A DNA stretch of 64,000 nt, taken from Octopus sinensis. Its lineage: Eukaryota. The DNA lies in contig NC_043011.1 in assembly GCF_006345805.1 (NCBI RefSeq), positions 18,302,464 to 18,366,463 on the forward strand, read 5' to 3'. The position numbers and the translations under genes were made by a program. Under the pieces are notes generated by a model, which saw only the letters and a list, made by a program, of their open reading frames with translations, had not been told where the DNA came from and did not search any database. Positions 1 through 12,713 of the stretch are shown here, piece by piece (position 1 is the first letter of the stretch; every line of letters starts with the position of its first letter).

Positions 1-479
1 TTACAACGATCCTTCAGGTTTTCTGAACCCTGTAAACGAACTCAGAAGGTTAGAACTCCAACCAGGATTTTCGCGACACCCGTAAAACCAGGAACTTTAT
101 TGCATCCCCACCTATATCGCCACATATAAATAGATGCAAATTGTGAGTAGCGTAGTGATTGAAGGAGCGTAAACAAAACGTGAACTGCGCAAGTCCAGGG
201 TCAAATCTTTGCCTTTACACGTAACATACCGCTAATACTTGACGTGACTGAGACTTCCTAGCACACAAGTGATTGTTCGTCTACGGCCGGACACAGTCTG
301 GCTCATCTTCTGGATGGGTTGTTAATGGTCATCGTCATTAATGACCGACGGACGTTCATATGTGTATTGAGATGTATGTATATGTATACATGTATACGAA
401 TACATTTGCATATATGAAAAAGCGAATAACACTTTACGTATGTAAGCTGATGGAATAAACTGACTGAATAAGGCTTTCT

Positions 480-1600
480 CTTAATTTTACATGATTTAAA
501 GTTTCTTGCATATAGGTAAATCCTTAGATGTCATCAGATTTAAATAGATTTAAAATTTAATATACAAGCGTCATGCATACTGCTTGAGTGCATGTGGCAA
601 GCTCTTTCAAATGATGAATTTTATATCCCTATTACTAAGGGAATCGTTAGTAGGAATATGGGTCCCATCACCTGTGGTGGTCTTGTGTATAAGATGCTGC
701 TGTACTGTCTTTTGTGCCTTGCTCAGAAGCGCTTGCTGTTCGTCAGCCGTGGTTCGCACTATCTCTGTATCTTTTTGTATACCTCTGATTATTTCCGTTT
801 TGAGGGATACAGAGGATATGTTGATCCCACTTCTTATGAGATCCATTTTTCCTTTCTTGCTGCACTATGACTCCGCTGATACATGTTTGATGATTTCACT
901 CTTAAAGTTTCTGGTTGCTTTTGTCGTGAGCAGTTATCCTCTTGTCATTCCAACAAGGTTTGTGACAGGCAAAGTTTCAGTATCGTCTCCATGTTAGCAG
1001 GAGAAATTACAGACATTGGAGGCTCTCTCGGGGTCTGTTCCTGTGTTCGTACGATTTACTTTTCTTGTATTTTATGTCTTCTTCGGTTTCGGTTTGAATT
1101 TGAATTTCGGGCTTCAGGGAATCATCACATTTGCTGGTTGTATCCCCTAGTTTCCCGTGTCTGTTATTCATTACATTTCTGGTTTAACTGATATCACTAG
1201 GGCCATTGTTGTTTCTAGTACTGTTATAGGCGAATGGCGTTTGTAGTTGCTTCTTGATGTCGTCAGTTTGATCTTTATGGATTTCAGAACATTAACCGCT
1301 TTGTCTGTTGGTTTCATAATGTTGTTTAGGGAGTCGAAAATAGGAATTTTCACAATAGGTACCCGCTAATAGGTTGTTCTGCGGCGATCTTTCAGCTATG
1401 ACCCACAGTTGAAGAACGAGGCGAAGTTCCTTGATTTTACAATTTTGATGTATCTTTTTCATTTTGTTACCCTTAATTTGGCTCAGTACAAATCTGCGGC
1501 AATTGGAGTCAATTTGTTGATATCCCGTAATGTAAAGAGTTGTGCGATATTATTTGTAACTGCAAGATATAATATGGGTAACGTTTTCAAATTTAGGAGG
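480..1600 (-). mobile_element. Highly decayed Penelope-like element remnant (GIY-YIG-like fragment plus degenerate hammerhead core)
   Basis: Minus-strand frameshifted peptides SNVCNFSC.. and ..VGMTRG*LLT.. (~900-1020) resemble the PLE GIY-YIG region. CTGATGA...GAAAC occurs at ~500-540 (-), but stem I is not intact. Confidence 0.35.
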
Positions 1601-2418
1601 AAGAATTACTAATACAAAGAGGTGTAAGATATTATTTTGCTGAGAGGTTTAATAAGTATAACGTTTACAATATGTGTAAAGACGAGTGAGATATTATTTA
1701 GTAGCAGAAATACTAAATACGTGTAACGCTTCTAAAGATAGGACGGTGACAAATGAAAACAACAGACGAAGGTTTCAAAAGAGAAGTAAGAGAGAAAGAG
1801 CCAGGGTGTGTATATATCGTATAAGAAGATGAAATAAAGAAATAAAGGAAAGATTATTTCAACAGCACTGTTTATGAAGATATTTCAAAAGATCGCAGAG
1901 TTTTACTGTTTACAAAGACAGTTCAAAAGATCGTAGATTGAGTAGCGAGAACCAGAAAGAAAGTTTATAAGAAAAAGGTGAGAGACCGTGAAGTTTACGA
2001 AGACAGAATAAAGGAAAAGCGATTGTAGTTGTGTGATAAACAGAATTCAAATATTTAACATTTAAGAATTTTCAGTGAGATACTTACAGAGAGTGTATGT
2101 AAAGTTAGGATAAATTCATGTTGCTTTCTCTTCTAGCGAGAGGAAGGGAAAATAATTGACGGTGAGACTAGACTAGGAAACAACGACAATTGCTATTACG
2201 TGTTACCAGAGGCAAGTTTGGTTCTTGTGTTCTTCATTTTTAAAGACAACGCCTTTGATACATCATTTGTTGAGACTAAACAAAATGTATTTATGTGTAT
2301 GCATGAATGTATGTATGCATATATATATATGTGTGTTTGTATATATATATATATAATCAAATATACGCATACATATATATTTATACATCATTCATATATA
2401 TATATATACATATATACA

Positions 2419-3255
2419 CGAGCTCTGATCAATAAATAATCGGGCTGTTGCCATAGTAACGAAGCTAAATCACGTAGACTAAAGCCGGTTGGTAAAGACT
2501 CGCCGTAAATTCTGCTCTACATGTGCACTAAGACTTAACATCCTACCTCACTTCCGCTGTTTACAGCACTGCTTGGAATGAAGGTGTTTAGCGTGTGATC
2601 GTCGGATTAAATGAGACAGAGATGATTGTCATGGGGATACCTGCTCAGAGGCTTACACAAAGCTCGAAAAGGTGTATGGAGAGGAGTGCATGAGCCGCAC
2701 GCAGATGTACGAGTGGTTCCAGTGTTTCCAAGATGGCCGAAAAAACGTTGATAGTGACGAGAAAAACATCGCACATTAGCGTGCAACTGTAAGAGGAAAT
2801 CGTTGAACCAGCGTTCGTGAGATACCAAAGGATGTGCAGATTAGTTGAGGTTAAGTTCAGTCGATTATCACTAGAGATTTGTGTATGAGACGCGTGTCGG
2901 CCAAGTTTGTGCAAAAACTGATTTCAGCTGACCAACATGACATTCGAGTTTCATTTGCACAAGATCTTGATTGTGTCAATAACGGTGAAATCTTTTTGAG
3001 CAGGTATCGCCAAGCTTTTGGCAAAATGTGATGAAGTTTCACTGTTCAAGTTTCTCTCTCATGGCCAATGCAATGATCATACGCTACATACCTTCCTTCC
3101 AAGCACAGCTGTAAACAGCGGAAGTGAGCTAGCATGTTAAAACTCATTTCGTATCCACAACAGAGATGAAGGTGTATATATGCCAAGCGGATTTATTCCG
3201 CGTGCTTTAGCTTCCTTACTATGTCAAACTCCGTATATTTATTGAACAGATCACG
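2419..3255 (+). mobile_element. Internally deleted mariner-type DNA transposon with ~180-bp TIRs
   Basis: 2419-2600 and 3075-3255 are diverged inverted repeats, with TA on the right flank. The interior encodes a mariner N-terminus: EAYTKLEKVYGEECMSRTQMYEWFQCFQDGRKNVDSDE...MRRVSAKFVQKL. Confidence 0.85.
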
Positions 3256-3298
3256 TATATACATACACACACACACACACACACACTCACACACACAA

Positions 3299-3338
<40 letters not shown>

Positions 3339-5177
3339 TTTAAAATAGCAGTATATGTGCATACAAAGTGTGCAGCATTATCATTAATTTTAATACTACA
3401 CGTTTTACACTGTAATTAATCAAAAACATAATCTTAATTTAGCTGCATCATACTAAACTATTCCCATCCTTGTTGCAATTGTCGTTTTCTTGGGTGATAT
3501 CAATATACTAAATATTAAATGGCCTAAAGTCAAGATTCTGTCTGCTATACCACTGCATGAACAACGGCAAATTATATTATGCTCTGAACTCTCTAATATG
3601 CTGTTCACGGAATATGTGATACTGCAGCCAAACTGGGGTAGCTTCTTAGTTCACTGCTTCAGAACTATTACGAGCTTATTCATAACGTTAATGCGACGCC
3701 AAGAGCACATTCAGAACCCAACGTTTTAGAACAATATATGGTCGTAGGCGAATTGCTGGCGACTACTTTAACAGAAGGACCCAAACCATATGAAATTTGA
3801 ATTTAAAGAAAGCAAAATGGATATCAGTCTGTAAAGAGATCTATAAAAAAACTGGTCCGCCATTTTGTCTATGCAAGACATTGACATAAATCTAAATCTG
3901 CTTATCTTGACGGTGAAAGCTATATGCACTACCAAATGTATCCCAGGAACAAAATAATCAAAATTCCCAGATCGAAGGTAAAAAAGTTCATAAACTAGTT
4001 GTGTAGGTAACTGAAGGATCACGAGAAGTCTAGTTTAAGATTGGCACTTTTGGAAATTGAAAAGAAACTCAAATTGCCCCACGAAAAGAAAAGAGCAGAG
4101 AAAGATTGAGACACACAAACACAGAGAGAACAGAGTTCAAGAAATCAAAAAACAAACCCTAAGGATCTCTAGAAATTTGCAAAGATAAAACTTACAACAC
4201 AATACAAAATAGAACCTCTTCTGTTTATTATTTACTGAAATATAATTGGTGATACCTTCAAAGTTGGTACATTTAAAACTTTTGCACTAAATTCAAAGTT
4301 CCTGGAAGTCATCAGGTTACACATGACGGATGTGAATTCTTATCTGAATTATATGCTGTAATTCCATGGGTGGAAAAAAAGTGAATATGGTTAAACAGTT
4401 ATATATTTTTTTACTCCTAGAAGGTTCTCTTATTTTGAAATAACTTCAAATACTATGGATAACAAACAGAACTGAAACGCACACATCGAAAATGCATTCG
4501 GTGTAGCCTACACTATGTGCTTAGTCTACACATTTTTAAACCTACAAATCATTTGAAAATCATGCTTAACCTTTGTAAATTTGTCATGTTCCACCTCTGA
4601 TATTATTGCTCACTTGATCACGAACTTAAACGGTAGCGATGATACTCACACATAGATCATACGAAAAGAAATGCAAAGAAATTACCTGAATATATGGCAT
4701 GAGTAGGCATGATTGTTAGGATTCATTAAAAATTACCAACATATATTCCCTCTAACAAAACAAGGAACATTTCTTTATATGTCCAAACCATAAGAGTATC
4801 AATTTCGCAAGTTACTCAAGTCTTGGCCCTTATACCATACGCTATCTACAATAATTGAGCTGACCTTACATAAAAGCTTTACGGTACTAATTAGCTTTTT
4901 ACCTCAGTTGGTCTTGCATTATTCAAAATTATTCTGAGAGAAACCAAATAGGAAAGAGCGATGTTATGATATTCAAACGGTACATGGCCAAGTTCTTCAA
5001 AGAAATACTATACAAGCTAATGACACCTGGATGCATCTCACTGAACACCAATTTTATACAGGAATGGGCTTTGAAGTCCTAAAATTGCTTTAAACAACTA
5101 CGTCGGTATTTGCTATAAAGTTGGACATTGCCTGGGTTATAAATGGGCAAAATTTACAATATTTATCTGTCGGTCTG

Positions 5178-5205
5178 TCTCTCTCTCTCTCTCTATCTAT
5201 CTATA

Positions 5206-5265
<60 letters not shown>

Positions 5266-5274
5266 GGTCTATCC

Positions 5275-5341
<67 letters not shown>

Positions 5342-5364
5342 AGTATCTATTTATCTCTCTCTCT

Positions 5365-5463
<99 letters not shown>
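5178..5463. repeat. Compound microsatellite (CT)n-(TCTA)n-(TA)n-(CA)n
   Basis: Directly visible. Confidence 0.95.
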
Positions 5464-6074
5464 TCAGAAAGCAGAGGTAATAAAGCATATTTACGAGCGA
5501 CCATTGCATAAATTCATACAGTAATTAGCTTTTTTTGAATATCAACTTTGGTACGTGAAAGTGGTATACACATATTCCAACAACAAACACACAGCATACA
5601 CATAGACAGATCTGCATTAATACATGAAAAGACCAATGCACAGACACGGCCACACGTATATATGTATAGTATACATCTATATATAAATATATGTTATATA
5701 CTTGTGTGCGTGTGTGTGTTTGTGTGTTTGTGTAGGGGTCTGTACGTACATGCACACTTATGCATCTATGTAAGCGCCTTCATATACAAATAAGCACACA
5801 TACACATAAGCTAGTAGAACAGTAACTGTTGAAGAAATATTTAAAGAGAGCACAAAAGGTATTGCTTGAAGCAGCTATATGTTCTCTAAAAAAAGTGTAC
5901 ATATTTATTCATATATAAAAGAGAACGGAAAAACATAAAAGTTATAAAGCGAAATAAGATAGATAAAATGATGCAAAGTTATTGAGGAACGTAATGAAAG
6001 GGCAGAACTATGAAGGTACACAGAGGAATGAAATGCTTAAGAACGGTACCCTATGATCATATTGCTACTGATAT

Positions 6075-6076
6075 AT

Positions 6077-6110
<34 letters not shown>

Positions 6111-6310
6111 CCGCATAAAACAAACTTTGAAATCCATGCACAAGGCACATATATATTAATATGTTCGGTATGAATGTCTGTGTATATTTGTAATTGCATA
6201 CATACATGTATATGTCCATGTGTATATATAAACATATAAATGTATACATACATATATATATGTATATATATATATATATGTATATATATTTATATATATA
6301 TATATATGTA

Positions 6311-6348
<38 letters not shown>

Positions 6349-6400
6349 TATATATATATATGTATATGTACACACACATACATATAGGTATATAGTTAGA
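6075..6400. repeat. Interrupted (TA)n/(TG)n microsatellite
   Basis: Directly visible. Confidence 0.9.
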
Positions 6401-7694
6401 TAGATTCATATAGTCAGCGTGAGAGAGAAAGAGGGAAATATTGGGACAGGTAAGCAAATGGTTAGATTTTTACATTCATAAGGAAGTACTTATACGTGCA
6501 CGGGTATGTGTTTACGCATATATGCGTATATCTATGTGTGAGTCTATTCACATATATACAGATGCAGATATCTATCTATCTACACAAATACATAAATATA
6601 CCATTATATATAATATGTATATATATAATACCCGCACACACACACACTCACAAATATATATACATATATTCACATAAGTTACGCATGATGTATGGAAAAT
6701 TATTTATGTTTTTTATGATGCATACGGTTTTGAGAAATCCGGCTGCTGTTAATTACATGGCCCTAAATGCCTTATTATGCAACACAATGCAGCTGGCTGT
6801 CTTCAATGGCAAAAATACAATATCGTATAATGCAGTGCCGTATATATATAACAGTGTGCAGATAGGTACATTTAGATATCCATACCAGAATAGTGTGGGA
6901 AGAAAACGAGAGGATAAATGAGAGAGACAGTTGAGTTAGATGGAGTGGAGGGAGAAATGCTACACCTCTCTGTCACATGCACTCACACGCACAAATATAT
7001 ATAAACGCACTCACACGTTTCTATATGCATCTATGTATGTGTGCGTGTGCGTGTGTGTGTTTGTGTGTGTATCTGAGTTTGTTTCTTTGTGTGTCTGCGT
7101 GTGAATGTGTTCGTGGTGTGTATGAATTAATAAAACTGTGTACGCTTCAGAAAACTGCTTGAAAGTATAGAAATCTTATTGGTTGAAGCAGCAGTATATC
7201 CCATAAAATTACGTATAAATATTCATATAGAAAGCATATGGAACGAAACAAAGAAATTTGAAGTCAGGGCGGAAATAAAATATCTAAAATTATGAAAAAC
7301 TATTCTGAGGTGTCTAATGAAAAGGCAGAGGCATGAATACATGATCCGCGATTTGTAAGTCTTTCTGCTCCGAAGTTTTTTTGGTTAAATTAATATTTGG
7401 AACAGGTCAAAATATTTCAAAATTCCAGTGAACATTTCTCACGTTCATATAAAATCAATAAATATACAGAGTACTATAGGACTAAAGCGAGCTAATCTCA
7501 CGATAAAAATACACTTAAAGTATTGTCATTTAATTTGACACATTAAGCCGGTATACCGTAAACTATTATTATATTCTGGTCATTTTATTTTTTGTCAGTG
7601 TCAGCTTCATACTGTTTCAAATATTTTCAATTACTTTCACATACATTTCCTCGACGCTTTATATGTGTATGATTCTGAAAGCAAGAAAAAAGTC

Positions 7695-7727
<33 letters not shown>

Positions 7728-7887
7728 GCTGATATTAGTAGTACTGTTGCAGCTACTGCAGCAGCAAATCATATCGAAAAGTTTCCAGATTTTGCAATTG
7801 ATATTTTTTCTCATTTTTTTTGATGTGACAAGGAGAGTAAATTCGCTAGAAACAAATTTGTTAAACTTTTTTCAATATTGGTTCTAG

Positions 7888-7928
7888 CTATCCAAAAATC
7901 GACAGTAAAAGTATCCAGTTTCTGTCAG
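7888..7928 (+). CDS. Candidate small coding exon (unverified)
   Basis: Acceptor ttctag| and donor cag|gtttgt. The open frame IQKSTVKVSSFCQ ends in phase 0, compatible with the candidate exon at 8221. No homology recognised. Confidence 0.2.
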
Positions 7929-8220
7929 GTTTGTTTGTCATTTTTGTTAATTTGGAAATCTTCAATAATAAACATAAATTATTGTGCAAATAAGGCTATT
8001 TAAGAACACATGTATTTAAATTATGACATCAAATTAGAAATGTATCTTATGCTTTGCTTGAATACTAAATAAAATCGTATTACGTTTCGAAAAATTCTAC
8101 TCAAATTGATATAGTTACTAGGTTATTTTTTACATAGTAAATACTGAAAACCTTGTGGTTACTCCAGTAATTATTTTACACTTTTTCTAGTTTTGTATGA
8201 TTGATTTCTTGGTATCTTAG

Positions 8221-8315
8221 CTAACGGTTAAATTTCGGTTGAGAGCCCATAATGGACCAATATCCAAACTGATACATGGAAAACTTAGAAATCTTCAATA
8301 TTCTGCGCTGGCCAC
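8221..8315 (+). CDS. Candidate coding exon (unverified)
   Basis: Acceptor tatcttag| and donor cac|gtaagg. Only one frame is open: LTVKFRLRAHNGPISKLIHGKLRNLQYSALA. No homology recognised. Confidence 0.25.
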
Positions 8316-8547
8316 GTAAGGACGTTCCACACAATATTTTGTTTTAGTCAGTGTATACAGAAAGAGAATAATAAAATCGGCCAGCAGTTATTTAATTGTA
8401 CTGGCGCGTTTCTTCTTTTTCTTGGAATACAAAATTTGTGGCTTCTTTTAGTTTTGCATGGCTAAATATACAAAGAAAATATTGAAAAGAAGTAAATGAC
8501 GCAGTTCAGGAAAAACGACTTCAGTCTATCATGTAAACAATTACATA

Positions 8548-10710
8548 TCTATTATATAAAATCCGTTCTTTCTGTCTGTGTGTGTGTGTCTTCTAGGATC
8601 CAGGGCATCCTCCAACCGACTGCGCTCAAATTTGATATGTATCAGGGCGTGTACAAGTCTTGAAAAAATTACAAAAATCGATTCCAGGTTCAATGCGATC
8701 GATAAAACCGTGGGAACGTGCATTTGTACGCACAAGTACATCCGCTATTGCGATCGATACTACGCGTACGCGAGAAAAATGCACGTGCAGTTTGCGCATA
8801 AAAGCAGGCCCGTTTTGTGTCTCGTTTCAAAACATTTTACTGCCATATGTTGTTATCCGTATTCGTATATTCGCTATGATAATCTAGAGAAGAGTTTTGT
8901 GTCATTACTCCATGAGGTGTGTGACCTTATTGCTTTCTCACGTAAATCTTGTTTGTTGGTCCTTTTCAAATGTTTGAATTACAGCTTGTTACGAATGATT
9001 CTCCTAAATAGACTAAGAAGTTATATCTACGCATGTGTTTTCCTCCTACACGCTATTGAAATACAGATGCCACAACATTTCAATCTATCTAAAGTGTGTG
9101 AATAATTAATTGCAGATTTTGTTTTATTTCTATTATATTTATTTCAGCCAGTTATGTGTATATGGCGATTCTAACTTCATGATAATTGTGATTAATAACC
9201 AACTTTTAGCAGCATGGTGTATTATGCTTTTGCACAGTTCACTAGAGAAACGGAGAATACAAGAATTGAGAATGTTTGTAATGCATTACTAAGTATATCT
9301 TCATCTGATTCTTTTCACATTTATCACCATCAGTAAACTTTCAATTTCATTTATTTATAAAAACAACAAATGCGTAAACAACGTGGAAAATGCATATATT
9401 CTTCTCTTCGCTTCATTCTCCTGTTACCTTACTCCCATTAAATATAATAAACCATTAATAAATATCTCCCTGTGGTTTAAAAAGCGCTGTAGCACAACAG
9501 TTATGACATGGACACGTAGTTTAAATCGCTTTTTAAATCTCTGGCGTGACAAATGTTCACGAGCGATGCATTGTTAACTCTATTAACACCGTTATTCTAG
9601 GAATGTATTAAATGCGAACCCGTAGGAAAGAAAGATTAATCTAGTAGCATCCTCTCATGCTGGTTCGTTTGAAACTGAGCTCTTACCACACTTCAATTAC
9701 ACAATTTATATATATCATAAAATAATAATTTATTTCTGTTCTATATCATATCCATATTTATTAATTACTTATAAATAAATACTACCTTTGTGTGAAAAGT
9801 CTGGTTGCATCCGAAAAAATATATATTGTGAAACAAAAATAAACGCAAAATTCATTATGTTTGGTGTACATCCCAATTCTCTACCAAGTTGTCTACTGGT
9901 TGCGGAACGCCTTTCACTAATATCATTGACCATTCTTTCTTGCATAACAGCATTTTTGACAAGGCTTGGTCACCCAGAACGCTGTTTTGGCTGTATTGTT
10001 CCACGAAGAGTTGTATTTGTATAAATTCGTGCTGGTTTATTGCGGTCTACTTGAAAGGCATTGCAAAGATCACTCACCGTTTCATTTGCGACCCCATCCT
10101 TAATTTGCTGGTAGCGTAGAAGTATTGCCAGTCTATCTCTCTCACTAATTTGTTCACCTCGCCTGCGAGCCATCTAAAGTTAATAATGATTCTGCTAATT
10201 CTACGTGTAATCATGTGTTGAATAGAACTCACTGAATAAATCTTAATTAACTGCGTTGTTAGTTGTGTGCACCTGACATATGCTAACGTGTATGCAGCCA
10301 GACTTTTCACACAGAGGATAGTTTGTTAATCACAAAACAAGGACCTTATGCAAAAGAAAACAACAAACAAAAGGCTTCAATCAACTGACTGAAACAATTA
10401 AAAGAATACGCTATGTTTATGGCCATTTGAAATCTTACCAGCATATTAGCTGTGCTACGGTTGACTAAGTACAAACTGGCATTATGCGACGTCACGTTGA
10501 TCGAATACAAATCCACGATAATTGTTAGATGGATTGGACTCCCAACAATTTGTCTAATTGAAGCAAGCTCATGTAAATAAGTTACTGCTTTTAATTTAGC
10601 AACAACATATGTAGATTTGAGAAAAGTGAACCATTTTGAACAAATTGCCCGAAATACGTATCTAGAAACATAGGAGCAGAAAGACCGCCCTCCGGGCAGG
10701 TTTCTGCTAG
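8548..10710 (+). mobile_element. Putative non-autonomous Helitron (TC...CTAG, inserted at A|T)
   Basis: 5' end A|TCTATTATATAAAATCC at 8547/8548, shared with the copy at ~30187. 3' hairpin GCCC-TCC-GGGC (10687-10697), then CTAG|T (10707-10711). That both ends belong to one element is inferred. Confidence 0.6.
9782..10321 (-). mobile_element. Internally deleted Tc1/mariner-like element nested in the putative Helitron
   Basis: ~30-bp TIRs (ctacctttgtgtgaaaagtctggttgcat / atgcagccagacttttcacacagaggatag) with TA on the left flank. The minus-strand peptide ...TVSDLCNAFQVDRNKPARIYTNTTLRGTIQPKQRSG*PSL resembles a transposase HTH + GRP region. Confidence 0.7.
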
Positions 10711-10930
10711 TCTCATGATAATATTTTCAGATTTCATTCACATTTCTAATATTTTATTAATATTTTACGCCTAATTATTTGTTTGTTTAATAGTGATTCC
10801 TTGCTTAGTAAATATTACTTTCATTATTTTATCACAGTTATGATCTTTGTTTTCTAAACGAGCATCAAGGTAGTCTAACGACAGAGGGTGTTCCAGTTTA
10901 TCATGATTTACTTTCCCCTGGATACCACAT

Positions 10931-11316
10931 GGGTGGAAGCACTCCGTCGGTTACGACGACGAGGGTTCCGGTTGATCCGAATCAACGGAACAGCCTGCTC
11001 GTGAAATTAACGTGTAAGTGGCTGAGCACTCCACAGACACGTGTACCCTTAACGTAGTTCTCGGGGATATTCAGCGTGACACAGAGAGTGACAAGGCCGG
11101 CCCTTTGAAATACAGGTACAACAGAAACAGGAACTAAGAGCGAGAGAAAGTTGTGGTGAAAGAGTACAGCAGGGATCACCACCATCCCTGCCGGAGCCTC
11201 GTGGAGCTTTAGGTGTTTTCGCTCAATAAACACTCACAACGCCCGGTCTGGGAATCGAAACCGCAATCCTACGACCGCGAGACCGCTGCCCTAACCACTG
11301 AGCCATTGCGCCTCCA
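10931..11316 (-). mobile_element. Full-length tRNA-derived SINE (octopus OR-like family)
   Basis: Minus-strand head tggaggcgcaatggctcagtggttagg (A box) ...gtttcgattccc (B box). The same head recurs at 41685-41986. Confidence 0.8.
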
Positions 11317-11324
11317 AAATAATG

Positions 11325-11575
11325 AATGCGCCCTTTTAAAGCTTAGCCAAGCTCATGGGCCCGTTTTCCCGGTTTCAGTGGCGTATGTTTTCCCCAGCTG
11401 GACAGGACGCCAGTCCATCGCAGCATTACTCATTTTTGCTGGCTGGGTAGACTGGAGGAACATGAAGTGAAGTGTTTTGCTCAAGAACACAACGCATCGC
11501 CCGGTCCAGGAATCGAAAGCACAATCTTACGATCATGATGCTGACACCCTAGCCACTAAGCCACGCGCCTCCACA
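11325..11575 (-). mobile_element. tRNA-derived SINE with V-domain-like core
   Basis: Head gtggaggcgcgtggcttagtggctagg...ttcgattcc. The body contains tgcgatggactggcgtcctgtccag, resembling the V-SINE conserved domain. Confidence 0.7.
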
Positions 11576-11869
11576 GGATACCACATACACATTTTAATTT
11601 AGCAGCCCATCTGTAAGGTTTGCAGTGCGTGTGTGTGTGTGAGAGAGAGAGAGAGATAGGGGGGAGAGAGAGAGAAACAATGAATGGAATAAACATATAT
11701 ATATTTATACTACTTGGCAATTTGTAATTTCTGAGAGTGGGGAAATTAGCACCGTTGCTTCCATAAAAGAAACTGGACTTGCTGTTTGAAATGTGTTTGG
11801 TGATTTAACTGAGTCTTAACAGATCTGCTGGAAGATAATCATCGTGTCAGTTTCATAATTTTAGGCGGG

Positions 11870-12674
11870 AAAAGATGTCTACAAGATGAACAATAAATAT
11901 TTACAATGGAATGAAAGGTGTCCTCACCTTGTTTGTTATTTTAGCAACGTTTTGGCTGATGTACTTCCAAGCCTTCATCGGGTGTTCTGATGGACTTTCG
12001 AACCCAACCCGTTGTTCTCATTCCTAAGATTAAAAAAAAATTTTGCTGCTATTCTTTTTTGTGTCCTTGCGTGGGGATGAACTCAGTATCCGAGTGTTAG
12101 TAGCCGGTGTTCTTATCTATTACCCTATACGTCCCTAGGATATTATAGAGCAAAGTTTGGGCATATACACCTAATACTTTCTCTTTTCTTGATATCGGTT
12201 CTCATATTACCTTAATATCAGCAGTATGTCTGCTTAGAAGATAATTGTGCCCTAGCATACTTACTACCTCTTTTAATTTTCGCATTTGCCAGTGGTGTTC
12301 TCCGTCTATTATTTATTTATTTATTAACTTCATCCCACAGGAAGAGGTAGTCTCCGTTTTTTCATATTTGTTCGGCTATATCCGATTTTTCGACATCTCT
12401 TCGCGTCACAGCTTCACGATATTAATCCACCCTTATTTTAAGGGGGCAACATGTTTCACCTTTGTATAAACTACCGTAATTGCATGGCATGGAGATCACG
12501 CAGTTTTTGGTCATATTCTCGTCTATGGCTTATTTTACGCGGTGAAGATATTTACGAAGATTTGTGTTACCTGAGAATACTTTCCTGATGCCATATGAAC
12601 CGCATATGTTTTGTAATTTTTCCAAGAGGCCTTGAAATAGCGTAAACAGACTGTGGTCACTTTAGGGTTTTCTC

Positions 12675-12713
<39 letters not shown>

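Noticed and set aside
10600-10630. YVDLRKV resembling the Pif1 helicase YVALSRV motif inside the Helitron
   Set aside because: Too short, with no flanking helicase motifs.
10931-11575. tRNA-like A/B boxes (also in other SINE heads)
   Set aside because: They run directly into SINE bodies without a tRNA acceptor stem, so they are SINE heads rather than tRNA genes.
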